A stretch of DNA of 28,548 bases, from assembly GCF_006345805.1 (NCBI RefSeq), contig NW_021833518.1, positions 1 through 28,548 on the forward strand, written 5' to 3'. The notes beneath the pieces are model-generated. The model was not told the origin of the DNA and did not search any database. It worked only from the letters and a program-made list of their open reading frames with translations. A program made the position numbers and the translations under genes. This document shows, in pieces, positions 12,260-25,473 of this stretch (within the stretch, counting starts at the first letter, position 1; each line of letters opens with the position of its first letter). Source of the stretch: Octopus sinensis (Eukaryota).

Positions 12260-13089
12260 GTTCATACTATTCATGGGGATTAAAAGAACTGGCATAAGAA
12301 AGAGCATTTCTAATGCATAGTCATGGATTACACACAGTCTAAGAGAGTCTGCTAGTAGTTCAGTCTCAGATCTTTCCTCCAAATGCCTGTAATAGTTCAA
12401 ATTATACAATACTGTTACTGTATAGCAGCTGTATGTTTTCAATACCAGATACTAGTGAGAAACCTAACAAGAAAACTAGATGCGATTTGGATAAAAAAGA
12501 ATGACATGCCTAAGCTTTTATAAAGAATAGTAAAGTCATATAAGCCTAAATCCAGCTAATATCAAAGTGAATCATGCAGTAAACTAATCATGGAGTAAAC
12601 TCTTTAATGCAATAGTTAGGTTTTTTGAGGGATGTAATATCCCTCTGAGCTCAGTATATTTTTGTTTTGATGTGTAGGACATGTGGTGTCTAAATCAAAA
12701 TGAAAGTACTGAGGTAACATTTTAAGGCATTGAAAGTGTTTCAGCAATTACTTAACCTTCCTGCTAAAGGTAGAGCTAAAAATTTCACAACACTCTACAA
12801 TCCATAAAATGGAGATCACATATTTTGAATCTTAAATCTTTACAACATGCTAACCATAAAGGTGGTGGTGTTATGGTTAGAATTCTGCCTGAAGGAGTGT
12901 CAATGTTTAATTCTCCACCCATCCCCCGAAATCCTACCAAATATATCACTTCCATCTGAGAAAAAGAGAGAGATAGAGTGATTGATCTGAAGATTTATAA
13001 AGACAAGAAGTTTTGAGAAATATTGTTGCTGATGATAAAAGAGTCTTTATATGCAAGTTTAAACTATTGAATTGTAGTGGGATTAAGTA

Positions 13090-13340
13090 CAAACAGAAGA
13101 AGCAAAAATCTTGAGAAAGGATAAAGGAAATAAGATGTTTGAGAAGTGGAATTTGAGCTGAAAAGTTTTGGAATTTAAAACTCAAGTGTTAGGAATATAT
13201 AATAAAGAAGTTATGTTATCAAATTTGTGCTGCTGGGCTGGTTGTACAGAATAACTAGAAAAGATTACCAAAGGAGAGAGCATATCAAAGAACTTAAGAC
13301 CAATGTATGTGGTTTAGGGACAACAGGCAAGATACTAAAA
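13090..13340 (+). mobile_element. Highly degenerate LINE (RTE-like) ORF C-terminus
   Basis: MFEKW...NKEVM...LCCWAG.TE followed by frameshifted RLPK parallels the LINE motif FEMW..R..L...NEEVL...LRWAGHV.RM...RLPK. Confidence 0.45.
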
Positions 13341-13509
13341 ACAGGTCAAGCTGGAGAAAAATGTAATCTAACCACTTGTAATACCTTTCAAATCAATTAT
13401 CTTATTTTAAGCATCTATTTCTATATAAATATGTGAGAGAGAGAGAATAGAACAAATCTACTTTAGCAGTCTTGTAATGTTTTCATTAATGTACCCAGTC
13501 TTATTATTT

Positions 13510-13521
13510 ATATACGTATAC

Positions 13522-13560
<39 letters not shown>
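13510..13560. repeat. (TA)n/(TACA)n microsatellite ~125 bp from the exon donor
   Basis: Read directly from the sequence. Confidence 0.95.
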
Positions 13561-13561
<1 letters not shown>

Positions 13562-13686
13562 CAAGTAACAGTAAACAGCACACTGACTCTCAAGAATATG
13601 GATGCTAGGTTGTTGGTCAAGCAATTTTAACTGTATAAAAGCAGGTAGTTGCCTAAACAGCATACTTGCAAATGAAGTATAAATAC

Positions 13687-13770
13687 CATTTTGTCAGAAT
13701 AGATGTTCACCCACTCACTGTGTTTGGCATTGTTTAGCACCAATGGTCGACTGAGAACAGGAAGATATTC
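13687..13770 (-). CDS. CACNA2D: Internal coding exon (84 nt, phase 0-0) of a voltage-gated Ca2+ channel alpha-2/delta subunit: EYLPVLSRPLVLNNAKHSEWVNIYSDKM
   Basis: Manual minus-strand translation resembles the vertebrate alpha2delta segment EYLDVLGRPMVL...QWTNVYLDAL (recalled). Acceptor is ttgttcaaag|GAA, with a CTAAC branch-point-like motif ~26 nt upstream, and donor is ATG|gtattt. It splices in frame to the 483-427 exon. The paralogue cannot be assigned. Confidence 0.92.
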
Positions 13771-14619
13771 CTTTGAACAAATCAAGGTTTTCAAGTTAGC
13801 CAAATCAAAGGATTACATTGTAAAATATCCAATGGGAATTTACATTAATGTCTTTCTAAAAAAGGAATGGAAAGTGTATCTTAATAAAAAGAAAATAAAG
13901 AAACAATTATGTTAGTTCTGGATAGAAACAGGATGCAAGAGTAAGTTTATATAGACTAGCTATTTGAAAAAGTATAAAAAGAAAAAAAAACTATGAATAA
14001 AATCAAGAATAGTATTTCTTATGATGTCAGACAGGTCCACTTAATATCTGTGTATAGTAAAAAAGAGTGTAGAATAATAGAATTGTCTACATGAGAAATT
14101 AACACTGAAACACGAGTGCCTAGTAAATTATGTGAAATTTATGGACATTTGGAAGCTTATGATAATGATAGAGCTGAGAGATAACGGATGCTTAAATTCA
14201 TTCCTTACTATATGTATCCTCAAGACTGAGATAAAAAAAATTATTATATAAAACATTTGGTATGAAAATAGTACTCCATTATCATAAATATATAAATTGA
14301 AAGAGGCTGTCCAAAACTTCAAATATTTAGGCTTGTGAATTCAGTATATTCTAACAAACACATAATATATAGCAAAACAAGTTTTAGTATTATATTAGAC
14401 TCTAAACAAATTTTTAAAGCTGATCTTGAAAGTATTGTTTTAGAAGTATGAAAGATGTGCTGAATACTATTGCACAGCCATAACTAGAACTGGAAACAAG
14501 AATTTTATACAAAAAGTCATCAATATAAATGTTTATTTTTGTTTAGATGAGGTGAAGAAAAGCATAAACATTAATGTAGTGAAGAGAACATTAAACTATT
14601 TATAAATTAAAATTTTGGA

Positions 14620-15150
14620 AAATTTTCTCAAGGTTTTAATGATTCTCAATTAGTTTTAGATTTTATTGAAACTGCTTCCTTTCAGATTTAAAACAGACAA
14701 CATGTTCACAATTTTCACCAAAAGATTCTTCAACAAAAAAATAACATATACTCAAAGGGATAAACCAGACAGTTGATATATTTCTGACAGTATCGGAAAC
14801 TATTTCATACGCTCATCATGATATAAGAAAATGCTTCAGAGTTATGACTTGTTATGTGTTTCCTATGTGTAGGAAAGAACAAATACTGTTTTTGATGAAA
14901 ATGTGATTGTGCTTTTCCTTGCAAAAAACACAAAAACAAATATTAATGGACTTAATCAGTAATGCAATCAATGAGTTGATTAAAAAGCAGTTAGAAAATG
15001 AGAAAGCCAATGTTGTAATGGCAAAAATCCTTTCCCAAGATAATAAAACACAGATAAGAGACATCTGTTATGTAAGGGGAGTGATCAATACATAGTGGCA
15101 TAGTAAGTGCCAAGATTGATTGGGAGATGTTCAAAAGAAAATATTTTGAT
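14620..15150 (+). mobile_element. Highly degenerate LINE AP-endonuclease/linker remnant
   Basis: LVLDF, TIFTKR...KITY, frameshifted VDIFLT and later DWEMFK follow the order of APE motifs (L.F; NT.F.KR...TY; QIDYIL; W..FK). There are many stops. Confidence 0.4.
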
Positions 15151-15622
15151 ATTTATAGGATTTTCTCTTCACAAAAAAGGTATAAAAGAAACAATAAATA
15201 TAGATGATCAACAAAGTCTAGAAAGAAGAGCCAATATGATTAGATATATCTATAATATGAATAAAAAAGGATAGACTGTTTAGATAAGCTATAAAAACAA
15301 CTAGCAATTATAAAGATCAGATGTTTTCTGCAAGAGAGAGATAACTTCAATCACATAGACATTCAGTAAACATGTATAAGAGTTGAGTGAACACAATTTG
15401 TGGATCAAATGATCAGTGGTTATCAAATAGAAATACGGTAAAGCTCAATATAAAAACTCACAGCAAAGTTGTTTAGGTTAAGACATGATAACAAACAACT
15501 ATCTGAAGAGAGCTGATGATTCTATAACAGAATATGGATACAAAAATTTTGATTGATACAATCATTAAAAACAGAATATTACAGCACTCTGTACTCTCTC
15601 TCTCTCACACACACAATACAAA

Positions 15623-15632
<10 letters not shown>

Positions 15633-15664
<32 letters not shown>
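15633..15664. repeat. (TA)n microsatellite
   Basis: Read directly from the sequence. Confidence 0.95.
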
Positions 15665-15667
<3 letters not shown>

Positions 15668-15769
15668 GAAGTAAATAATAATTCTAAAGCAGTTTTAGAA
15701 GCTTATCATCAAACTTTACCAAATTGCAGACTACTTCCCATCATTGGAATTGGACACATGTTGGCTAGT

Positions 15770-15806
15770 CATCATCATTTAATATCCACTTTTCCATGCT
15801 GATGCA
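15770..15806 (-). mobile_element. Extreme 3' tail only of the RTE family
   Basis: CATCATCATTTAATATCCACTTTCCATGCTG matches CATCACCATTTAATGTCTGTTTTCCATGCTGG at 26009. Confidence 0.65.
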
Positions 15807-18800
15807 TCCATAATATTACAGTATATACAGATAGCAAATTCTGCAAATTTGCAAAGATGATGGAAAATTTCCTTAATTGTTCCAGAAGTAATGTTTCCAA
15901 TAGCTGCATCCACCTTACACACTATAGGTGTAGTTTAATATTCAATCTTTTAAAAAATCAATACACTTTTGAGATATCCAACAATTTATCATTTCAAAAT
16001 GTAAAACATTTATGTTCTATTTTAAATTCCAAAAGCCATAAATGTTACAAAATTGGAAATTAACCTACCAGAATTACAGGTATAACTGGTCATGTAACAG
16101 GACTTTTTTACTATTTGAACAAATATATTAGAAAGTAGAATAGGGATTTAGAATATATTTAAAATCATGTAAGTACATACCTACACACACACTGAATTCA
16201 GTTATATGTGCAGGTTATGTTTTATGATACTGACAATCCTAGCATTAATTCTCTTAATTCTCTTTTGAAAGGGTCTGGCAATAATTCCTTTTCTAAATTA
16301 TAATCTAAAACATTTTTTTAAAAACCTTTTAAACATTCCCTTATATCTCACAAATCAAATAATCATTGAGCCCTTTTTCTCTCCTTCTTATTAAGTTATG
16401 AGATACATTTTGCAATTGTTTAATTGTATTTAAATCTTCAATGTGTGGTACAATGGCAAAATTGGTTGAGAGTTGAACAAAATACTTTCTAGTATTTAGT
16501 TATGTCTGTCACTCTATGCATTGGTTTTCAGTTATTTTTTAGTGAGTTGATTTTCATACAAACTACTGAAATAAAACTGGAACAGGAGTTTGGCAGCTCG
16601 CCTAAATGCACAATACACTGGTATGAATAGCATTTGAATCAAATTTAGACGTGCATTAACCTTGCATTTATTTTACATTTTAGATAAGAGATTGGAATTT
16701 AGAAATAAAATATCAAATTACATAGTCATATTTGTTTTCGAAGATTTAATTTGAAATTTAAACAATTATAGCTAATTTTTATTAAATAATTATTTGCTCA
16801 AATTAAACTTTGCAGTAAATTTTGATGATTTGGGATCTAACTGCAATTACTTCAAATAATTTGTCAAGTTAATCTGCAATAGATATACTACACAATAATA
16901 ACTTCTACTATAAATAGTTAAATATACTATCAAACATATACATCATATAAATTGAGCATTTCTAACAGTCTTTTAATGAAAAGTATATTAAAAATATTGT
17001 TGCATAAATTTAAAAAAGAATTAGAAAGACATTTTGTATCAGAGACAAAACTGAAAAAAAAATTTTATAATAGGCTATATTTTCAAATAAAGGAGTAAAA
17101 GAATATGCATTTTAAATTTATACATATTGTTATAGATCTTTTCATAAATTTCATATATTGTAGAAACATTTAGATCTGTTATGTAAATCTATGATTAGTT
17201 GTCTATTAGAGTTGAAAACATGGCTAAATTTTCATTTGTTTAGCAAAGTAAATACAAATGATTTCATACCTTTAGATTTTTGTTCTAAAAATATGCCTCA
17301 ATTTATGTTAAAACAGTCTTCTCTTCTTGGTTACTAATCAATTGGCTTTAAATTAATCCATCAGAAGGAACCAGATATAAGCCTAAGGTCAGCTGAAACA
17401 TGGTGCAAACAAATTAAAGGAACAATGATGCTATGTTTAAAGAAAATAACTTACATTAATATTCATCAGAATGTTTCAGATCTAATACAGTTATAATCAT
17501 AAAGATATACATTTATATTTCTTTTTATTTCATTTTTTAAAAACATTGCAGCATTAGATGCTTCCAGAAAAAAAAATCTAGATGTATGGTAAAAGCCTTT
17601 TGAAGCACAGTGATATAAACAAATCAAAGAATTATAAACCTATTCTTAATATTGATAAAGTCATTTTCATTATGAAGTTTTATGTTTACTGAAGAAAATA
17701 AGTGGATATTAAGGATATTATGACATCTGGTTTACTGGCAATAAGACTGTAATCCTGTCCTGTTCTCTATGTAATTTGGAATATACCTGTAGACAAATAT
17801 ATATAATCACTCTTCAGATTGACTAAGGAGAATAACTACTAGTGTATACTATGTAGTCCCAGTGAAGAGACTAAGCAGTTGCTCAAACAATCACTAAAGC
17901 CAACTCAAATCATTAAGAGGCTTCTACATAGACACAGAAGCCACCAAGGGAGCATGTACATTATTTCTTGATCTGTTAGAGTTAGCAACAAAATCTTTCT
18001 CAAAATTCAACTAGTAAAAAAAAAAAAAAATTAATTATGTCTTGCTAAGAGGACAAACAATTTGATTTTATAATCTATAAATTACAGAAATAGATCCTAT
18101 AAAGTACAAAATTCTGGTGGTATTCAAATTAATACTAGGAGTATATTTCATACAACACAGGTTATACAAGCTAGAAGAAATAGAAATTTTCACTATATGA
18201 ATAGAAGTAAAAAATAATAATAAAAAAACCCATTAGAATTGTGAGAACTATGATTTATATAAGAGACAACATTGGTAAATCTTTTATTTGTATGATGTTA
18301 AGTAAAGATTGTAAAAAAAAATATTTAGTATGAAACTAATGGTCACCATTATCTAAAAAATATATGATCAACATCATTTTGCTAAGCAGGTAACTAAGAT
18401 AATCATGTTAAATGCAGATGTGAAATAAAAAGCTATCAATCAGGAAGATTATCATAATATATTTGCTATTGGGCTGATTACTGATAAAAAATATTTGATT
18501 TAAGAACTAGATTGTACTATGAGGAATGGGGAAAAAATTAGCCTAATACCTCTAAAACAAACTTAAGGCATTTTTCAATGTGTCACCAATTTAAATTTAT
18601 TTTCCAGTCAATACATCTCTTTCGACTGAAGTTTTACCAGAATGTAAATATACTTCTTTTTTATGTCTTGAATCCCAAAATAATCATTTTGTTAAAAAAA
18701 AAAAAATACATGACATCAGCAGAGATCCCTGTTTTGTTACCAAAAGGAAAACCTTTCTTTCATCCATTATGAATACAATATAAAATCCGAAGGCTAGAAA

Positions 18801-19986
18801 TGTACTCTCAATGAACCATACAAATTGTCCATAATCATCAGTTGTTAAAAGCTCAAATTTGTTATACATGTGCATATGACACACTCTCCACATAATATAT
18901 GCAATTATTAATATTACTGATTACATAAATTAATTTCTTCATTCACAATGAGCATTAAACTGTCAATTGTGAAGCTGTTATATATTGTTAGAAATTTATG
19001 CTAGTAACAGACCTCTTATTCTTTAGTATATTTAACCTTCAGCTTTCACACCTAATCTCTTCTACAGCAACATTTAGTTGCAATTCAGTGACAGGCTTCA
19101 TAAGGTGAACCAAGTGTTGGCACACAGACCCTCTCAAGAATCTGGTCCTGAAACTTTCTAATAGCTTTATTCTTTACCAAAGACTTCTGAAGATAGTTCA
19201 TTATGAATATGGAACAACTGGTTCTACAACTGAGCGGTGTGAGACAAAAACTCAAATTGCATCCTATCAATTATATTTTGTACCTGTGTCACAACCAACC
19301 TCTTACCATTTTTATTACTTAATTAAAAAAAAAATTATAACATCATTTTGTTTTGTTTTAATAACAAATGACAGAGATATTCCTATATCAGTCCAACTCA
19401 ATTTAAATGTGTTAAGAATATAAGAAAACATGAGGTACAGACACTTAATTATTCTATGCATATCATTTAATTTATTGTTTTCTGATGTACATTAAAAGTC
19501 AGGAGTTTAATATATATTAATTGTAAACTAAAATTTCATAAAACATTTTAATAGAAATATTATCATTAATGGATCACTAACCAGATTCAAGTAATATCAT
19601 ACAGTATTGAATATAGTACTTTGTACAGGAGTGAGTTGCCCAAATGAGCACAATTTTGTAATAAAAATATAATTTTAGTTTTAGCAAAAGAACTAATGCC
19701 TTTTTTAAGGAACAAAATGAAGACAGCAATGTTTATAATTCTAAGTTTTTGGTAATCACTTTACCAACTACATCTTTTGTTGCTTTATGGTTTACTATAA
19801 AGAAAATTTAAATAAAAACAACAAGAGGTAATGTAATATGTGGCAAGTATGTTACTAAGAGAAAGTTTATTTTATAAAATATTGCTTTATAAAGAATACT
19901 GCTTTGTTTATATACATGTGTATACACATATATCTATTTATTTTATCGACCATATATGCTCAATGTATATGTTTTGTTTGTTCAGT

Positions 19987-20181
19987 GGTTTGCTGCAGTA
20001 CAGCACTTGGGGGATGACTCTCTCATCCCCAGTTCAATTCAGGCACGTGATGTTGATAAGCCACAAAAATGGTGAAATACCAGTATCCTTCACTCCTGAA
20101 TTTGATCAGAGGCAAGTTGTCTCACCTGTCTGATTTCCAGGAGTTTTAATACCAATCCTCCCCCAAGCACTATAGCACACC
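19987..20181. other. ~195-bp element with imperfect terminal inverted repeats and internal hairpins
   Basis: Left GGTTTGCTGCAGTAC..CTTGGGGGA pairs with right TCCCCCAAGCACTATAGCACACC. Internal stems are GGGGATGA/TCATCCCC, GTGAA/TTCAC, CTCCTG/CAGGAG and ATCAGA/TCTGAT. Confidence 0.45.
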
Positions 20182-21447
20182 GAAATGGCAAACAAACAAA
20201 ACACATACATGGAGCATATGCAGTCAATAATGTTCACAACACTAACGCTGCTTTCAATTTGTTATTGAGTATGTATATATATATATATATATATAACAGT
20301 TGATATTGAAAACTGACATCCACCTGACAATTAACTAATTGAAATCAATACTTGATGGTTAAAATATTAAGACTGTAATTACTTTTGCTTTAACTAATAA
20401 AAGAAGCCAGTTTAAAATATCTGAATCTCAAAAGTTTATACAATAAACAGGAACTCATTGTAGTCAAGAGACCAAAAGAGAACTTCTATGTGACATTCAA
20501 GAGATATTGTCTTCAAATTAAACCTTTCCATCTCAAAAGAAATCATACAGTCCTAATTTCCTCTAAACTGATGGTAGATGGTTAATGCTTGGAACATTTT
20601 TGAAAAATACTGTTTATTAGAACCAAACTGGGGTTAAACAATGACAACAAAAATATATCAACAAAAAGGATATATTACTGTTGAAGATCCTGTACAGAAG
20701 ATATTTGACATATAGGAAAATATGCTAATTCACATTTCCACATTTTCTTATATTTCCAATATATTATTAAAATAATATCTAAATATGATTTCTTGTGTTG
20801 TGAATTATTACAGTGGTAGAGGATAAAAAATGGCTATTTCTTTCATTCAAGTTCTCTAACTATTTTTAAGAAAAAAAATCATTCTAGAAATCAGTTTGAA
20901 GACTCAGTTATCAAGAACTAACAACTGAATTATGGTGTTCATAACAATGCAATTTAAAACAAAAACAATTTGTGTTTATAATTTATTAATCAACATGAAT
21001 TAAGTAGGGAAAAATTCTAACATGAAATTATCATTCTTTTATGTACAATGCATATTTTAGAAAAACAAATTTGCAAGGAATAATTTGATGTATTATATAT
21101 TTTATTTAGTTTTAGTAAGAGCCATTCTACTTTGTCTGCACCTTATATCATAACTCATGCCCAAGCAATAGAGGTAGAGTGGTTGGAACTATGCAAACAC
21201 TAAATTTTTAACAACATGCCAATTGTCATAACAATAATGTAGATTAATAGAAAAAGTAAACAACAAAGCATTAAGATATCTAAAACCATGATCAATTTAG
21301 GATTTATCTAAAGACAGTATATCTATTCTTCACTTATTGAAAAAATAAAAATTCTATTAATTATAAAAAAAAGAGATTATTTATTTTAATATTATTGAAG
21401 GCTCTCAAAATTGGTATATGGTGAAATCTTCCTTCAAATAAATTTTC

Positions 21448-21449
<2 letters not shown>

Positions 21450-21487
<38 letters not shown>
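21450..21487. repeat. (GA)n microsatellite
   Basis: Read directly from the sequence. Confidence 0.95.
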
Positions 21488-21489
<2 letters not shown>

Positions 21490-23745
21490 CCTACACTGAG
21501 AAAAGTCTTAGATTAGCAAGTATGATAAAACAATGGACATCTTAAGAACAATGCTTTTATACATAGATAAACAGAAATTTTAGATCAAAAATTCAAAAGT
21601 CAACATTCACCTAATTATAAGAAAATGTCATGAATATGTAAAGGGAAAATTTCTATCCAAACCTTTAAATCCCTTTATTTCAATTTATTTGGCTATATTA
21701 ACAGTTTTAACTCAAAATATTTTAAATGCAACTGCTGAAAATGTGCTTCATGTTTGCAATGGATAAAAAGAAAAAGTAAATGATCATCTAGGAAAATAGC
21801 ATATCTATAATGTAATGAGAAAATGATAGATAACAAAGTCCTTGAAACTCCAAAACAACACTTACAGTATTTTGGATGCAATAATGCTATTTTGTAAAAT
21901 AGAACATTTTTAAAGAAGCAACCCCTCTTTAATATTTCATCAATATTTGTTTAGCTTGCCAAACAATGTTCAATCAAATGTAATTGATTAATGTATAAGG
22001 CATTCCATTTATTCAGCTATTGTAAATTACCAGTATTTGAGTTTTATATAGTTATAATATCTTCATATAAATTATCCATCAAAAAAATTCATAGAGAACC
22101 TTTGATATCTGACAAAAGCTTCCATAACTAAACAATAATTCTATTGATTGAGAAAAATTCCAATGTTCACATCATTATTATATACATCTTATTTCTTATG
22201 CACAAACTGTTTAGCAATAAGATTTTAGAAGTCCAAATGACAAGCCATTAAACAGGATTTTTCTAGCCCTAATTATTTAACAGATTTTAAAATTTTATTA
22301 ATATTTATTTTTTTTTATAGAGAATTCCAGTTATGAATTCTGTTTACTCTTTAAATTAACAAAAGAATTCAGTATATGGACTAGTAGCAACAGCTACCAA
22401 ACTACTCATTTGTTTTAAAGATAGTTTTGGTGATCAACTAGTCAATTATTCTAATTCTACTTTTAGATAGTTTCAGTGCATGAACTGTGAAGTAGAGGTA
22501 TTTGATCAATGTGAACACAACCTAAGTATACATGATGCTAGTTTAATTTTACCCCTAATCTGATACAGAGACCTATTGTTCAGAATTCAAAACATATAGT
22601 AAGTCTGAATACTGCAAAGTAATTCATCTGGATGTGCTACCAGGTCAGGTAACAATACAGCACACACCCTAAAAGTTAAAATGAGTACTTTTATAAAATT
22701 ATCCTCCAGACCCTTTGCTTTTCTTCCTACATTTTAAATATGCAGCCAAATTCTTGAAGATTCACAATGATTATGAAGAAAGTTTAATTTTTTTTAAGCT
22801 GAAGAACCATAAGCTTGTGCTTCTTCCTTGTATTGTGCCCTGGGGAAAACAATGTAAAATTAATTCTATATTATATATGACAATTTAATGCTGGCATCTG
22901 ATTTTTACATTGGAGCCAGTTTGAATCAAAATATTTTAAAAGTTGATCATGATATTTTTTGAAATGATAAAAGGAGGAAACAATGATAAATAGAAAATAT
23001 AGGGATATTAATTTTTGAAAATATACATATACTTGCTTTTAGTTACAGAGAAGCCACTAAATTATGATAACTATTACCACCACCAAAAATGATCACACCC
23101 AGTCAAATATGCACAATTTCATATTTGAATAATAATCCTGAAAGCAATTCAACCATGCCATTATCATTTTATAAATCAATTAGAATAATCATCTTTATTT
23201 TCTAGCAAACCAAACAAAGAATACAACTAACATATAGTAAGGGAGTATATGCTCATTTTTCTCAAATAATAGATAAATGAATACAATTAATAATCTCAGA
23301 TTTAATGGTGAACAATATATTCATATAGATATACATCAATATGCATACACAGGTAATTTTATTTGAGTTTAAATCTCAGTTAGCTAAATTTTTTTCCTTT
23401 CATTTGTTTGTCAAAAAGTAAAAGTGATATATATTTACATTCAAAATAATTTATCTGAAATATTTTTTATTTTTATATATTTGAGAAAAGTTTACATCAT
23501 CAGAGCCTTCCATAGTAGTGTATTCTCAGTCTTGTGATATATATGAAAGAAACAGTATTTACTATAACATTTCTAAAGAAGTTAATGATTCTTATAGAGA
23601 GAAGACATGCCAATGTTGTTTTTAGCAGAAGATAATGAAAAAGAAACCATTAACATTTCTTTAAAAGAAAACAGTGGGTATTTGCAGCAGTAGAAGCAAC
23701 CCTAAACTTAGAAATTTTGTCAGCTATATAAGTATTAAGTGTTAC

Positions 23746-23823
23746 CGAACGGTCTAATCCAAGAGACCAATGAAAGTAGTAAGATCCTGTTCCTGGAGGA
23801 CCACCCATATGTTTCAAAAACTC
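23746..23823 (-). other. Candidate 78-nt cassette exon, unverified (EFLKHMGGPPGTGSYYFHWSLGLDRS in phase 0, or GVFETYGWSSRNRILLLSLVSWIRPF in phase 1)
   Basis: Acceptor ctatattacctacag|GAG and donor TCG|gtaaca, with locally higher GC and two open frames. Similarity to alpha2delta is only weak. Confidence 0.3.
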
Positions 23824-25381
23824 CTGTAGGTAATATAGATGCAACAAAATATTTTTATAAAAATGTTAACAAAAATTTTCATAAAGTGAAAATCTAACAA
23901 AAATCCACAGGAAAGAAAAACCTGAGGTAAATCTGGATAGAATGGAATCTTATAAAATTAGGTTAAATAAAAAAAATATCAAAGTATAAATAACAATACA
24001 TTTCCAATATGCACCTGGTTTGATACTGGCTGAAAGAAAAGTTTTAAATAGTTATAAATAAAATTTATGAAAAATGTATTTTTAAAATAACAATTACAAC
24101 ATGATATTCATTTGAAACCAATCTGTGAGATCCATAACAGGAAGGATGGGGGTGAGAATTGGTGCAGGTGAGAAATAAATGAAATAAGCTGGGTAACTAG
24201 CATAATATGTGAAAAAGAATATATAACAAAAGTGCTTGAAAATTTGGTTTAAAAGAAACTGCTTTAGCCTGATATAATTATATATACTTGAATAGTAGTT
24301 TTGAGAAATATATTGAAATTGATTTAACTAATTAAAGATTGGAATATTCTTTTCAAATACATTACTGATATGCCTGTTCTATGTTAGAAAACAAAACTGA
24401 TTAATAAGTTTTAGAGTTTGTTTTAATACTTGAAAAATTAAAGATAATTTTAAACACTAATAAACATAATAGCATTAATTTTTATATGTATAAACATTTT
24501 CATAAGTATTTCATCCTAAACAGGAAAACATTTCAGTGTCATGTCTAAATTTCAGAAATCCTGAAACCAATTCTGTCTATGAGTAATTTAATCGTATCTA
24601 AATTATTATGTATATTTAACTAAACCATTCTTTTTAAATTAAGGAAAATAGATTTTTAAAAAATATGTATTTTTTATTCAAATAAGTTGTAATATTTTCT
24701 ATTGTTTTCATTTTCTAAACTATATTGAAAGCATTAATCTTGTACCTATTTCATCAGAAGCTATAGATGTATATCAATAGTTCCCATATTTTACAACATA
24801 GAACAAATGAAAATATTTTGGCATACTTAGTGCATAAAGTCAAAGTAGTAAAACAGGATATTTATTTTAGCCTAGTTTGAACTACAGAAAATAAATATGA
24901 ATTTTATTCAATAAATAAAACAGAGTCATCGTGATTCATCATGATTTTAGATTGAGAATTTAGTTTGTATTTTCATATTTTAAAAATATAATTCCATTAC
25001 TTTTGCAATGCATTTAACTACATTTCAAAGCACACTAGTATACCATAACACAATCATGAGAAACCTTTGATATACATTACTTTTCCTTTTTCTTTTTTCA
25101 CATTTTGTTATAAGCATGCAAGTAAAACTAAACTTTTTAAACATAAGATGGTTCACTGAACTGCTAAATATGGAAATAACATATGGAAATAACAAGATGT
25201 TTGTGCACTCAGCTTATGGGAATATATTCCATCCAATGGAATTGTTACAATTGTAGTTTCCAGAAGTTTGTTCCATTTATTATCTTATATTATGGATGTT
25301 AAATGATGATAATATGCTGATCATATTATGTATTTTCTATCTATCATCTAAGGAAAATAGAATGCACACACACACATATAT

Positions 25382-25473
25382 TGTCTGTTTTGGCATGGTT
25401 TCAATAGTTTGATGCGCTTCCTAATGCCAATCACTTTACAGAGTGTACTGGGTGCTTTTAAGGTGGCACTGGT
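25382..25473 (-). mobile_element. Short fragment of the same RTE 3' UTR family
   Basis: TTTTGGCATGGTTTC...GATGCGCTTCCTAATGCCAATCACTTTACAGAGTGTACTGGGTGCTTTTAAGGTGGCACTGG is homologous to 26098-26185 and to the reverse complement of 5735-5810. Confidence 0.75.

Larger units (their letters stand above)
484..13686 (-). other. 13,203-bp GT-AG phase-0 intron of the alpha-2/delta gene
   Basis: GT at 13686-13685 and AG at 485-484. The flanking exon peptides are contiguous in homologues. Confidence 0.85.

Noticed and set aside
12857-12885. KGGGVMV resembling Tc1 transposase GGGSVMVWG
   Set aside because: Single short motif with no DDE context or TIRs.
14207-14223. 17-nt micro-exon with strong splice-like flanks
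   Set aside because: It would shift the frame into the phase-0 EYLP exon unless compensated, and has no homology support.
19085-19270. ORF containing AIRKFQ as the missing GAIR exon
   Set aside because: No Gly, no aromatic GYY motif, and no GT donor at the required position.
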